The position numbers and the translations under genes are program-made. Below the pieces are notes generated by a model. That model made no database searches. It was not told the origin of the DNA and was given only the letters and a program-made list of their open reading frames with translations. Of a stretch of DNA of 64,000 nucleotides, positions 41,255-55,096 are shown in pieces. Each line of letters starts with the position of its first letter. The first letter of the stretch is position 1. This DNA is from Eledone cirrhosa (lineage: Eukaryota): positions 29,450,001-29,514,000 of the forward strand of contig OZ024750.1 in the NCBI GenBank assembly GCA_964016885.1, in the 5' to 3' direction.

Positions 41255-41753
41255 TACATGCATGCATAGATATACATATATGCATAGACATACATATATA
41301 CACACATGCATAGATATACATACATGTATAAATGCATAAATATACATACATTTATACATACATACATAAATATATACATACATGCATGTATATATACAAA
41401 CAAACAAACAAACATACATACATACAAACAAACAAACATACATACATACATATATACATACATACGTACATACTTACTTGCAGTTAAGAAACAAAAAACA
41501 AGATGGACAGAGAGATAAACAAAAAAAAAAAAAAGGGAGGAAGACCAACAGGATGAAAAAACAAGTACAAAGAAAAAAGAAAATAAATAGGAACTCTTTA
41601 AAATGGGAGGTTTTGTTTCATAGAACCAGAACTCGTTTTAGCCAGATTGGTGTCAAGAGGGTTAAGGCAATGTTTTATGGTTGAATGCTGTTTCTGGTGC
41701 CAACATTTTAAGTCAGCTCTTATGATACACAGAAATATGATGTATCTATTTTA

Positions 41754-41960
41754 ACATTACTCTATATATACTATTATATTTTCATGGTAAAGACTTTACC
41801 TCGCATAATTATCTCACGTAATATCGAATCTATGAGATTTTGAAAGTATTTATTTTGAGAACAATACCTTAATATCAGTTTGAACGACCAGTTACAGCCA
41901 GTTTCAACAGAAATAGGTAGAGAATTCTGGCCGGTTTGGGCCAGTTTGAACATTAAAGGG
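41754..41960 (+). mobile_element. piggyBac-like MITE lacking its left terminus
   Basis: Matches 54157-54376; ends TAAAGGG|TTAA. Confidence 0.75.
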
Positions 41961-41973
41961 TTAAACTGAATAT

Positions 41974-42135
41974 ATGGCAGTGGAGACTTCTGGCATTCTT
42001 GGCCCCCTCAGACTACATCCCTACACAGTGCTATCAGAGTGGAGGTGGCTACCTGCAAGTGAGGGTCCCATGAAGTGGAGTGGCTGTTCCAGCATCTCTC
42101 CCTCAGCCTCCTCCAAGGTAATGTCTTCTCCACCC
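41974..42135 (+). pseudogene. CRE-like retrotransposon C-terminal restriction-like endonuclease remnant
   Basis: MAVETSGILGP ... WLFQHLSLSLLQGNVFS resembles AVET.G..G...L.QRLS.AIQRGNA.S. Confidence 0.55.
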
Positions 42136-45100
42136 TCTGCTGGGACCACAAGGCAGACTTACTGTTCCAGCACCTTTCCCCTCACCATCTTCCAGGGTAA
42201 TGTCTTCTCCACTCTCTGCTGGGACCACGAGACAGACTGACTGTTCCAGCGCCTTTCCCCTCACCATCTTCCAGGGTAATGTCTTCTCCACCCTCTGCTG
42301 GGACCACGAGACAGACTGACTGTTCCAGCGCCTTTCCCCTCACCATCTTCCAGGGTAATGTCTTCTCCACTCTCTGCTGGGACCATGAGACAGACTGACT
42401 GTTCCAGCGCCTTTCCCCTCACCATCTTCCAGGGTAATGTCTTCTCCACCCTCTGCTGGGACCACGAGACAGACTGACTGTTCCAGCGCCTTTCCCCTCA
42501 CCATCTTCCAGGGTAATGTCTTCTCCACCCTCTGCTGGGACCATGAGACAGACTGACTGTTCCAGCGCCTTTCCCCTCACCATCTTCCAGGGTAATGTCT
42601 TCTCCACTCTCTGCTGGGACCATGAGACAGACTGACTGTTCCAGCGCCTTTCCCCTCACCATCTTCCAGGGTAATGTCTTCTCCACTCTCTGCTGGGACC
42701 ATGAGACAGACTGACTGTTCCAGCGCCTTTCCCCTCACCATCTTCCAGGGTAATGTCTTTTCCACTCTCTGCTGGGACCATGAGACAGACTGACTGTTCC
42801 AGCGCCTTTCCCCTCACCATCTTCCAGGGTAATGTCTTCTCCACCCTCTGCTGGGACCATGAGACAGACTGACTGTTCCAGCGCCTTTCCCCTCACCATC
42901 TTCCAGGGTAATGTCTTCTCCACTCTCTGCTGGGACCATGAGACAGACTGACTGTTCCAGCGCCTTTCCCCTCACCATCTTCCAGGGTAATGTCTTCTCC
43001 ACCCTCTGCTGGGACCATGAGACAGACTGACTGTTCCAGCGCCTTTCCCCTCACCATCTTCCAGGGTAATGTCTTCTCCACCCTCTGCTGGGACCACGAG
43101 ACAGACTGACTGTTCCAGCGCCTTTCCCCTCACCATCTCCCAGGGTAATGTCTTCTCCACTCTCTGCTGGGACCACGAGACAGACTGACTATTCCAGCGC
43201 CTTTCCCCTCACCATCTTCCAGGGTAATGTCTTCTCCACTCTCTGCTGGGACCACGAGACAGACTGACTATTCCAGCGCCTTTCCCCTCACCATCTTCCA
43301 GGGTAATGTCTTCTCCACTCTCTGCTGGGACCACGAGACAGACTGACTATTCCAGCGCCTTTCCCCTCACCATCTTCCAGGGTAATGTCTTCTCCACTCT
43401 CTGCTGGGACCATGAGACAGACTGACTGTTCCAGCGCCTTTCCCCTCACCATCTTCCAGGGTAATGTCTTCTCCACCCTCTGCTGGGACCACGAGACAGA
43501 CTGACTGTTCCAGCGCCTTTCCCCTCACCATCTTCCAGGGTAATGTCTTCTCCACTCTCTGCTGGGACCATGAGACAGACTGACTGTTCCAGCGCCTTTC
43601 CCCTCACCATCTTCCAGGGTAATGTCTTCTCCACTCTCTGCTGGGACCACGAGACAGACTGACTATTCCAGCGCCTTTCCCCTCACCATCTTCCAGGGTA
43701 ATGTCTTCTCCACTCTCTGCTGGGACCACGAGACAGACTGACTATTCCAGCGCCTTTCCCCTCACCATCTTCCAGGGTAATGTCTTCTCCACTCTCTGCT
43801 GGGACCATGAGACAGACTGACTGTTCCAGCGCCTTTCCCCTCACCATCTTCCAGGGTAATGTCTTCTCCACCCTCTGCTGGGACCACGAGACAGACTGAC
43901 TGTTCCAGCGCCTTTCCCCTCACCATCTTCCAGGGTAATGTCTTCTCCACTCTCTGCTGGGACCATGAGACAGACTGACTGTTCCAGCGCCTTTCCCCTC
44001 ACCATCTTCCAGGGTAATGTCTTCTCCACTCTCTGCTGGGACCACGAGACAGACTGACTATTCCAGCGCCTTTCCCCTCACCATCTTCCAGGGTAATGTC
44101 TTCTCCACTCTCTGCTGGGACCACGAGACAGACTGACTATTCCAGCGCCTTTCCCCTCACCATCTTCCAGGGTAATGTCTTCTCCACTCTCTGCTGGGAC
44201 CATGAGACAGACTGACTGTTCCAGCGCCTTTCCCCTCACCATCTTCCAGGGTAATGTCTTCTCCACCCTCTGCTGGGACCACGAGACAGACTGACTGTTC
44301 CAGCGCCTTTCCCCTCACCATCTTCCAGGGTAATGTCTTCTCCACTCTCTGCTGGGACCATGAGACAGACTGACTGTTCCAGCGCCTTTCCCCTCACCAT
44401 CTTCCAGGGTAATGTCTTCTCCACTCTCTGCTGGGACCACGAGACAGACTGACTATTCCAGCGCCTTTCCCCTCACCATCTTCCAGGGTAATGTCTTCTC
44501 CACTCTCTGCTGGGACCACGAGACAGACTGACTATTCCAGCGCCTTTCCCCTCACCATCTTCCAGGGTAATGTCTTCTCCACTCTCTGCTGGGACCATGA
44601 GACAGACTGACTGTTCCAGCGCCTTTCCCCTCACCATCTTCCAGGGTAATGTCTTCTCCACTCTCTGCTGGGACCACGAGACAGACTGACTATTCCAGCG
44701 CCTTTCCCCTCACCATCTTCCAGGGTAATGTCTTCTCCACTCTCTGCTGGGACCACGAGACAGACTGACTATTCCAGCGCCTTTCCCCTCACCATCTTCC
44801 AGGGTAATGTCTTCTCCACTCTCTGCTGGGACCACGAGACAGACTGACTATTCCAGCGCCTTTCCCCTCACCATCTTCCAGGGTAATGTCTTCTCCACCC
44901 TCTGCTGGGACCACGAGACAGACTGACTGTTCCAGCGCCTTTCCCCTCACCATCTTCCAGGGTAATGTCTTCTCCACCCTCTGCTGGGACCACGAGACAG
45001 ACTGACTGTTCCAGCGCCTTTCCCCTCACCATCTTCCAGGGTAATGTCTTCTCCACCCTCTGCTGGGACCACGAGACAGACTGACTGTTCCAGCGCCTTT

Positions 45101-45270
45101 CCCCTCACCATCTTCCAGGGTAATGTCTTCTCCACTCTCTGCTGGGACCATGAGACAGACTGACTGTTCCAGCACCTTTCCCCTCACCATCTTCCAGGGT
45201 AATGTCTTCTCCATCCCCCAGGGTAATGTCTTCTCCATCCTGTCCTCTGCCGGGACCATGAGGAAGACTG
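42083..45270. repeat. 79-bp tandem satellite, ~40 copies, with a 395-bp higher-order unit
   Basis: Unit ctgttccagcgcctttcccctcaccatcttccagggtaatgtcttctccactctctgctgggaccacgagacagactga; the variant pattern recurs at 43288, 43683, 44078 and 44473. Confidence 0.98.
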
Positions 45271-46175
45271 ACCCTTAAGTTTCATTTATAGTGGTATCAT
45301 GTGGAATAAGTTTACTTAAGTTTTAGCAAGATAGTAATTCCTTTAAGTCACTCTTATATTCCTATGATTTCTTTAACTTTGAAACATAATACACACACAC
45401 ACACACGCGCACGCACATCATACACACACACACACACGCACAACACACACACACAATACACACACACACAACACACACAACATACACAACATACACAACA
45501 TAGACAATTTAAAAGCAATTCTTGGTTGTAGTATAAGGTTGCCTGAAACACACATACACACACATACAAACACACACAGCACACACACACAGCACACACA
45601 ACACATAGCACACACACACGCATACACACATAGCACACACAACACATAGCACACACACGCATACACACACACATACAAACACACACACACACGTTTAAAA
45701 GCAACTCTTGGTTGTAATGTAAGGCTGCCTGAGATTTACCTCTTCTCGTGATAAATGAGCTTTCATTGAGGAAAAAAATAACTTCCAGAGTTACGAGAAA
45801 ATAATTTGACAAAAAGGTAAAAAAAAACAAAAAAAAACAGCAAAGAAACAAAAAACAAAACAAAAAGAAAAGCAAAGAAAACAAAACAAGAAATATAAAA
45901 AAAAAATTAACCCAACAATATCGAAGTTCAGTCTCCTTAGGTGGCAAAGGAATTAGAAAAATCCACCTGCACCAAAAAGAAAAAAAAAGATTTCCAAGAC
46001 AGTGAGAATCATGTCCAGTCATGATTTTTATGTGAACTCTCCTTATAGAAACTTGGAATGCCATGTGAATGATAAGTTTATTTTTGTCCCTGTTTGACGT
46101 GTATTTCAGGAAGAAAACCTGGAGAGGAGATGGACTCTGCTAAGGTTTTTTTTTTTTAAAATGACCTAAAAATGC

Positions 46176-46858
46176 TGATGGTGGTAGTGGTGGTGGTAGT
46201 AGTGGTGGTGATGGTGGTGGTGGTGTTGGTGTTAGTGGTAATAGTAGTAGTGGTGGTGATGGTAGTAGTGGTGGTGGTAGTAGTGGTGGTGGTGGTGGTG
46301 GTGGTGGTGATGGTGGTAGTGGTAATAGTAGTAATGGTGGTGATGGTAGTAGTGGTGGTGGTAGTAGTGGTGGTGGTAGTGGTGGTGATAATGGTAGTGG
46401 TAATGGTAGTAGTGGTGGTGATGGTGGTAGTGGTGGTGGTGGTGGTGGTGGTGATGGTGGTAGTGGTAATGGTAGTAGTGGTGGTGATGGTAGTAGTGGT
46501 GGTGGTAGTAGTGGTGGTGGTGGTGGTGATGGTGGTAGTGGTAATGGTAGTAGTGGTGGTGATGGTAGTAGTGGTGGTGGTGGTGGTAGTAGTGGTGATG
46601 GTGGTGGTGATGATGGTGTTAGTGGTAATAGTAGTAGTGGTGGTGATGGTAGTAGTGGTGGTGGTAGTAGTGGTGGTGGTGGTGATGGTGGTAGTGGTAA
46701 TGGTAGTAGTGGTGGTGATGGTGGTAGTAGTGGTGGTGGTGATGGTGGTAGTGGTAATGGAAGTAGTGGTGGTGATGGTGGTAGTGGTGGTGGTAATAGT
46801 GGTGGTGATGGTGGTAGTGGTGATGGTAGTAGTGGTGGTGGTGTTGGTGGTGGTGATA
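46176..46858. repeat. (GGT/AGT/GAT)n trinucleotide repeat
   Basis: Directly visible; source of the poly-Val/poly-His ORFs. Confidence 0.95.
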
Positions 46859-47161
46859 GCCCTTCATCTTATTTGTCCCTGGGCTCTGACCAGTTTATTA
46901 GCAGTTTGTCCTGTCACCAACCACTTGACAGTGTGTACTAAATGTGTTTATCATGCAAATCCCCAACACTAGAGAGCGGAATGGAACAGAACCACAGTTA
47001 AATAAAGTACTCAATATATTAAGGTTTGTATTTATTTCTTATAGAAATGATTTCTACAGGACTAGAACTGTTTCATTCATTTCTTGATTATTTCAAATGA
47101 ATGAAACAGTTCTAGTCCTGTAGAAGTTATTTCCATATTATATATATATGTATACATATAT

Positions 47162-47355
47162 AGGGTCCCTATCATTCCACTGTAAAGTGGTCGTGGAGGT
47201 GCCACGGCAAAAAAAGCACCCAGCACTCACCGTAAATGAGGTTGGTGTTAGGAAGGGCATCCAGTTGTAGAAATCAAGCCAGAATCAGTTCCCGTCCCAC
47301 TCTTGCAAGCAGGGAAAAGCAGACGTAAAATGATGATGATGATGATGATGATGAT
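47162..47355 (+). mobile_element. SINE family A, 5'-truncated
   Basis: Matches the 3' half of 37180-37525. Confidence 0.8.
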
Positions 47356-48282
47356 ATCTGTGTCTATTACTTCTTCTTACTTTATAATTTGTTATATATA
47401 TATATATATATATATCATCATCATCATCATCGTTTAACGTCCATGTTCCACGCTTGCATGGGTTTGGATGGGGGTTTTCCCACTTGAGGCAAGAGTGGTT
47501 GTCTTACTCGCATAGGACTGTCTGGCGGGTTTTCTACAGCTGGATGCCCTTCATATATATATATATATATCTCGTCCATGATTTGATCGAACTTAAGTTC
47601 ACAGATATCACGGACTTGTTTCCCCTCTTCCTCTCTTTCCGTTGAATTACCATCTCTGTTTGTTTACATGTCTTGCTCGCTTCACCCTATTTTATGTGTC
47701 CCAATAACTTTTTTTTAGTTATTGCTCGCCCCAGCCAGAGGTATATGCTCTTTAATGCGAAGAAATACCAATGACGGCTGGAAGATCACTGATGACGGGC
47801 GCCCTGTCTTCTCGCTCTAATTTTATTCATATATATCCCATTTGCAACAACACAGCACACCATTTTTCATATATATATATATATATATAGTAGAATAATC
47901 GAGTATCGGAAAATCAGCTCACGAGTTTACGATAAACAAATCCGACATGAGTGGCAGAGGGCTCAATAATTCAGAAAAAACAGAGCTATAACTATCGTTA
48001 AAATACCAACACACAAAGATTATGTTTAAAATCACCCATGCGGCCGAAAAATTACGACCAGGAAGATTCGGGTCACTCAGATAAAATATCAATAAATCAA
48101 TAAATCATATGAATGTAAAAAGCTTACCCGGACCCACTAGAAAGATGGTAAATCTAGCTTCTTGGGTTTCTGCAATTCCTTAATCCGCCCCCTATCAGCC
48201 CACATAAAAATATATTATATATATATAGTATAGGTAGTAAGGTGAAATACTGGTGTTGGTACCAGTATATATATATATATAT

Positions 48283-48686
48283 AAAGATCAAAAGATGGTT
48301 AAAAGAGTTCCAAGTATTTTATTATGCACATTTCAAAAACAAATATCATGGGATGATATCTGCATTCTCATCAGATAAAATAGGGAGACATGATGTGGAG
48401 GTTAAAAAACATTTGTGAGCAGTGAAGTTTTAAATTGATTTAAAACTTCACTGCTCACAAGTGTTTTTTAAGCTTCATATCATGTCTCCCTATTTTATCT
48501 GATGAGAACGCAGATATCATCACATGATGATATTTGTTTTTGAAATGTGCATAATAAAATACTTGGAACTCTTTTAACCATCTTTTGATCTTATATTATT
48601 TATACTCCAGTCCTACAAACTGTAGAGTGCTACTTATCCGATATTTGCATTGCTTTATTGTGCTACAATAAAACTCACCTCTTACA
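48283..48686. mobile_element. Palindromic PLE cassette (~150-bp arms) with hammerhead motif at 48491-48561
   Basis: aagatcaaaagatgg...ccatcttttgatctt; tattttat-CTGATGA-gaacgcagatatcatc..gatgatatttgttttt-GAAA-tgtgc-ATA-ataaaata. Confidence 0.75.
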
Positions 48687-49067
48687 TATATATATATATA
48701 TATTATATCACACACACATGCACACCTGCTGGACTGCCTCACAGTCATGTCTACATCTAGAATCTGCAATGTCTCTAAAAATTAAAGTGTATGTATGCAT
48801 GAATGTATGAATATATGTATGTATGTTTTTAATGTATGTATGTATGTATGTATGTATGTATGTACGTATGTGTCTCTTGTCTTACAATGTAGTCAACACA
48901 ACAATCAAAGCTGACAAGCTACCCCTCCCTCCTTGCATGTTTAGTTCAAGGTTAGTCTTTCAGTTTGTTATAACAACAAAAGACAACCCAGAGACAGCAA
49001 TATATTATTTTAGAATGGAGCTCTTTATAAATCAACTTTGAGAACTGGGTTTTTTCTGTTTTATTTG

Positions 49068-49517
49068 GAACTATTTTCACTACATTTATGTCTGTAATAT
49101 GTCTTGAAGGAAAGACAGAACTATTTTCACTACAGTTATGTCTGTAATATGTCTTGAAGGTGAGAGAGAACTATTTTCTCTACAATTATGTCTGTAATAT
49201 GTCTTGCAGGAGAGACAGAACTATTTTCACTACAGTTATGTCTGTATTATGTCTTGAAGGAGAGACAGAACTATTTTCTCTACATTTATGTCTGTAATAT
49301 GTCTTGAAGGAGAGACAGAACTATTTTCTCTACATTTATGTCTGTAATATGTCTTGCAGGAGAGACAGAACTATTTTCTCTACAATTATGTCTGTAATAT
49401 GTCTTGCAGGAGAGACAGAACTATTTTCTCTACATTTATGTCTGTAATATGTCTTGAAGGAGAGAGAGAACTATTTTCTCTCACATTTATGTCTGTATTT
49501 CTCTACATTTATGTCTG
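49068..49517. repeat. 50-bp minisatellite, ~8.5 copies
   Basis: Unit gaactattttctctacatttatgtctgtaatatgtcttgaaggagagaca. Confidence 0.95.
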
Positions 49518-52500
49518 AGTGTGATTTTAGAGGAATATAGCTATTGTTTCTAACAGGATGAACAACCATGCAGTGGCTCCCTCATTGGCTAGCATGAGAA
49601 GCTGTAGATTGTTATAAAGGACAAGAATAATTTAGATGGGAACAAAAAGCTTTCTTTCCCTTTAAGAAATACATGTACACACACACACACACACACGTAT
49701 ATACAGACATATATACATACATGTGCATTCACACAGATACATGACTATATGCATACACATACATATATACACACACAAACACACATATATGTACATTCAC
49801 ACAGATACATACATATATGTATGCTATGATACACACATACACTCACATATATACAGACATACACACACACATATATATACACACACATTTGCTTCTACTT
49901 ATTTGTTTAGTAATTTCTTTACTTTTTATTTATCTACTGCACATCTACTGCAATCTAGTACACACTGGCTACACATCTACTGCACATCTGCTGCACACTT
50001 ACTACAATGTATTGCACACCTACTGCACACTTAATGCAAAATGCTTTCTGGCATTTAGTTACGTCCCTTTATGTTTTGAGTTTAAATTATACCAAGGTCA
50101 CTTTGCCTTTCATCCTTATTGGGTCAATAAAATAATGTACCAGTAAAGTACTGGGGTTGATATGGTAAGGCGGCCTTTTTCTTTTTTGTTATGCATGTCC
50201 ACTGTACATTACAATTACGTATGTATGGACCCGTAACTCCCGAGGGAGTTGTAAGGTCACCATATTGACATATGGTGTCTTTAGAGCATTTTTTAAAACT
50301 TGGTGGAGCCCATCTCCTCTCCAGGTCTGAATACTGCAGATTTCTTCCTGAGAAGGATAGAAAGTGAGAGAAAGGAAGTTAGAAAGAGATATAGAGGAAG
50401 AATTGACCCCAGTGCTAGACTGGTACTTTTTTTATTGACCTTAAATGGGGGAAAAGTAAAGTTGACCTCAGCGGGATTTGAACTGAGATAGCAGAGAATT
50501 GGAACAAATACTGCGAGGTATTCTATCTGACATTCTAACAACTCTACCAATCTACCTACAATAATGTATAGCTGCCTACAAAAAATAAAAACTTACACCC
50601 TATCTAACATATAGAGAAATAAACTTATGTTATTATTGCTGCTGTTGTTAGCCAGGTACATATTGGATGTTATTCCTCATCTCCTTCCACTCACAATTTA
50701 ATTACATTAAATAATATATAGAGATTCCTCAAATGGAACAGAACCACACAGATGGTTAATGGCAATGTTTTATTAATATGCCTTCTTGCACCAAGGTAGC
50801 AATTATTCTAGACCTCATTTACATGCTTTTGATATGTTTTCCCATATTTTTAGGCCCCTGCAGATTGTGAGGTCTTAAGGGTTAGTTTATTTGGCCTATG
50901 CCGAAATATGCAACTAAAAAAATAATCTTAAAAATGTTATATGCAAGGATTTCGGTTCGTTAAACAAGATACTGTTTTAGTTTAAGTTAATCATTGTTTC
51001 CAAGCTTTAAATAGATCAGTGTAGATTCTAATGCAATGGGGTGATAGTCGCTGCAGATAATAGTTTATTTTATTATACAGAAACTATATAATATGGCAGC
51101 TGCAGCTTGATAACTTGATAACGTCTGTCTCCCCCATCTAAACTATAATAAAGAAAGAAGCACGGGACTGGGTACGGTTTATAATTTTTTATCCCCTTAG
51201 TAAAATAAGTTGGATTACTTTGAATAAATAATGAATGAATATTACATAATTTATCTACTAAATTTCATGGCTGTTGATTAAATATATTTTGTTTATTTAA
51301 AGATTCACTTCTTTTAAATTTCTGAAATGTCAACACTTCCGGTTGGCCATCGCTTAAATAAACATACTAATTTTCTGTCACTAATTTTCTCCTAATGCAG
51401 TTTATATATAATATCGTCTTTTTTAATGTATCATGGATTAGGTTACTGATTACATAAGACAGAGTAACGTAGTATTCGTTCAATTTCTATGTATTATATA
51501 TAGTCAATTACGATTTTATTTGATGTATCATATCTAAATGTATATATACCTGCGTATAATATCAATATACACACTACACTTGCTAGCAGAAAACCACCCG
51601 AAGGGTGGTTTTTCTGCTAGTATTAGTAATTAGTGAAGGTTGGTGGCTGGTTTATGGAATGTAAAGGTTAGAAAATAAGGATGATCTCTAAGATCTAGTA
51701 TAGACATTTAGTTTATAGTTGGCTTTGATTTTCTGAATGTATTTTTTACAGGGTATGATAATTGACAGTCTCATTTTGTGAATAACTTTGGGTTTGTTCT
51801 AGATGTATTTACATTAAAGTTTTGGGCATTTAACAGTCTTATTTACATATAAAGAAAGAGTCGATCGACAAGATCCCAGACCTCATTTGCTTAACAAGTG
51901 GGGTGGAGCTCCATTAGTTTTTCCAATTGCTAATACTATCTGTCGGTTGCAAATCCTGGCAGAAGGAGTAACGTGAAATAAAGTGTCTTGCTCAAGGACA
52001 TAAGGCATTGCCCGGTCTGGGAATTAAAATCACAACCTCACAATCGCGAATACAATTCTCTAACCACTCAGCCCCTTCACAAATTTTCTTCTCTTTATTT
52101 ACATATAAAAGAAGAAGTTAAAAATACAGATGAACCCCTGCTGTAAAGTTGGACTTACAACATATAATCAAAGAGTCTATTATACTGTCTTCTATTTTGT
52201 CCCTAGAGAAAATGTAGGGACAAGTTATTTAGACTATAAGATGTAAACTGAAAATAAAGAGAAGAAAATGAATAATTTTATTGTAAAATGGAGATATAAA
52301 ACATAAATCAAAGAATGATGGGAACTAACTGATAATATATAATCTCCAATGCTGATCATGTTAAGATTGTTTTTTTTTTTCAATTATTTTATATTTAGTT
52401 TCTCATGCTAGCATATGTAGGAGGGTTTTAGTCATTATTTACTTTCATCTAGAGAGGCATATTGGGCCTTTAATCAATAGAGAGATAGCATTTGTAGGAG

Positions 52501-52639
52501 GGTTTTAGTCATTATTTGGTGGTGGATTGGCAGAGGGTCGGACACCATTAAGTTCACATGAAGATATGTCACTATCTTTACACCAAATATTGTATTTTAT
52601 CTGACAAAGGCGTACTTAAATATTAGTACCCTTGAAATA

Positions 52640-53235
52640 GTGTGGTATAGTGTGGAGTAGTGTGGTGTAGTGTGGAGTAGTGTGGAGTAGTGTGGTGTAG
52701 TGTGGTGCATTGTGGTGTAGTGTGGTGTATTGTGGCGTTGTGTGGAGTAGTATGGAGTGGTGTCGTATGGTGTATTGTGGTGTAGTGTGGATTAGTGTGG
52801 AGTAGTATGGAGTGGTGTGGTGTAGTGGGGAGTAATGTAGTGTGGTGTATTGTGATGTATTGTGGTGTGGTGTGGAGTGTTGTGATGTAGTGTGGTGCAT
52901 TGTGGTATAGTGTGCAGTAGTGTAGAGTGGTGTGGTGTAGTGGGGAGTAATGTAGTGTGGTGTAGTGTGGTGTATTGTGGTGTGGTGTGGAGTGTTGTGG
53001 TGTAGTGTGGAGTAGTGAGGTGTAGTGTGGTGTAGTGTGTTGTGATGTGGTATGGTGTAGTGTGTTGTGATGTGGTATGGTGTAGTGTGTTGTGATGTGG
53101 TGTGGTGTAGTGTGGAGAAGTGAGATGTAGTGTGGAGTAGTGTGTTGTGATGTAGTGTGGAGTGGTGTAGTGTAGTGTGGAGTAGTGTGGTGTAGTGTGG
53201 TGGAATGTAGTATGGTGTAGTGCGGTGGAATGTAT
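52640..53235. repeat. Degenerate pentanucleotide (GTGTA/GTGTG) repeat
   Basis: Directly visible. Confidence 0.9.
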
Positions 53236-53295
53236 GGCAGATAAAATAAAAAAAAAGATAAGATATGTTTAACAATTTTCTCACCATATATGGCA

Positions 53296-53555
53296 TTAAC
53301 TCTTAACATCCTGGAATGATTTAGCAAAAGTGTTATTTTGTACTTTTAAAGAATGTCCTGCTCATGTGGTTTCATGTGGTACAGGATGTTAAGAGTTAAT
53401 GTGATGCAGTCATAGTAGTGTTTTGTACTTTTCAAGAATGTCTTAGTAATGTGGTTTCATGTGGTACAGGATGTTAAGAGTTAATGTGATGTAGACATAG
53501 TAGTGTTTTGTACTTTTCAAGAATGTCCTGCTAGTGTGGTTTCATGTGGTACAGG

Positions 53556-53589
<34 letters not shown>

Positions 53590-53685
53590 CTGTTTAATGT
53601 GATGTAGTGATAGTGTTGTTTTGTACTTTTCAAGAATCTCTCGCTAATGTGGTTCAATGTGGTACAGGGCATTAAGACTTTAAAT
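53296..53685. mobile_element. TTAA-flanked mini element (53296-53399) with its right part tandemly reiterated (~85 bp)
   Basis: Perfect 18-bp inverted ends ttaactcttaacatcctg / caggatgttaagagttaa. Confidence 0.55.
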
Positions 53686-53861
53686 AATCAAAACCTTTGA
53701 GGCAGGATTTAGTAAAATAATACATTTATTTTCTCACTTTGATTGTATATTTTTGTATATTATATTTATAAGGTTCCTAGCAATAATTAATTGTATAGAA
53801 TACAGAGTACCCGACCTCCCATGGGTACAAGCTGAAGCATATAGACCATATGCCCCCACAC

Positions 53862-54138
53862 CCCCCACTGCAAGGTGGTCGTGGAGGTGCCACGGCAAAA
53901 AAGCACCCAGCCCACACTGTAAAGTGGACGTGTAGGCGCCACAAAAAAGCACCCAGCACTCACTGTAAATGAGGTTGGTGTTAGGAAGGGCATCCAGCTG
54001 TAGAAATCAAGCCAAATCAGTTCCTGTATAAGCAAGGCATGGTCAGCCGACCAGACACTGCCCACACAGGACGGCCCGTCTAACCCATGCTAGCGTGGAA
54101 GAACGGACGTAAAACGGTGATGATGATGATGATGATGA
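53862..54138 (+). mobile_element. SINE family A 3' half with alternative long tail
   Basis: Two ~45-bp internal modules followed by ...aacccatgctagcgtggaagaacggacgtaaaacgg(tga)n. Confidence 0.75.
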
Positions 54139-54156
54139 TATATGTATATACTTTAA

Positions 54157-54376
54157 CCCGTTAGCATTCACATTATTTTATATATACTATTATATTTTCA
54201 TGGTAAAGGCTTTACCTCACATAATTATCTCTCATAATATCGAATCTATGAGATTTTAAAAGTATTTATTTTGAGAACAATATCTTAACATCAGTTTGAG
54301 CGACCAGTTACAGCCAGTTTCAACAGAAAGAGGTAGAGAATTCTGGCCGGTTTGGGCCGGTTTGAACACTAAAGGG
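54157..54376 (+). mobile_element. piggyBac-like MITE (intact reference copy)
   Basis: TTAA|CCCGTTAGCATTCA...TGAACACTAAAGGG|TTAA. Confidence 0.82.
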
Positions 54377-55096
54377 TTAAAGAAAAATGTTAAATAATAA
54401 TTTTGTTGTTGTCATTTCAAGATGTCTTGAGTGGTAACTTAACAAACATTTTTTAGATAAAAATCATGATTGGAAGATGGGAGCAGGAGAGGAGGGGGGG
54501 GGGGGGGGGGGGGGTTCAATTTAAATCTGAACACTTCAAATGAAGAGTTTTATAAAATAAAACTAAGATAGTGCCAGGTAGTTTGGCATCATTAGGGTTA
54601 AGTTTAATTTTGTAGATAAAACTGAAACATGTGTAATAAGTAGGGAAATACAATTTAAAAATAATAAATTACTAAACATAGAAAAATAAATAAATAAACA
54701 GGAAGAAAGAAAGTAAGAAAGAAGAAAAGGAAGAAGTTTATGTAGAGCCAGCCTAAGGGAGAGTTATAATCAGTATAAAAGTGGTGCTAGGTTTTATGTG
54801 AACAGGACAGAACCAGTTCTTAATTTTCAGTTATTTTAAATATTTCACCTGTAGTGTTGTTACCTGAAAATGTTGCATATTGTTATTTTGTGGTTGTTGG
54901 TTCCACCCAGCTCTGGGGACAGGGGTACATCTACTCTGTGTGTATGTATTAGTGTATGAGTGTGTTGTGTGTGTATGTGTGTAGGTGGTTGTTACGCGTG
55001 TTGTCATTATATTGCTATTTTACACACACACCCTTACGTATATAAACAAAGATACTGCCATCCATGTGCATTATATATATATATGTGATATATATA

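Noticed and set aside
42083-45270. CRISPR-like appearance and many 62-aa ORFs
   Set aside because: No unique spacers, no cas genes, eukaryotic context; a pure tandem repeat.
46172-46972. Poly-Val/poly-His ORFs, and the YI/HT/VC-rich ORFs throughout
   Set aside because: Translations of di-, tri- and pentanucleotide microsatellites.
51582-51621. Rho-independent terminator
   Set aside because: The hairpin plus T-run resembles one, but there is no bacterial gene context.
52590-52640. Hammerhead-like tattttat-ctgacaa...gaaata
   Set aside because: Core is mutated and the 3' half is replaced by a microsatellite; at most a dead remnant.
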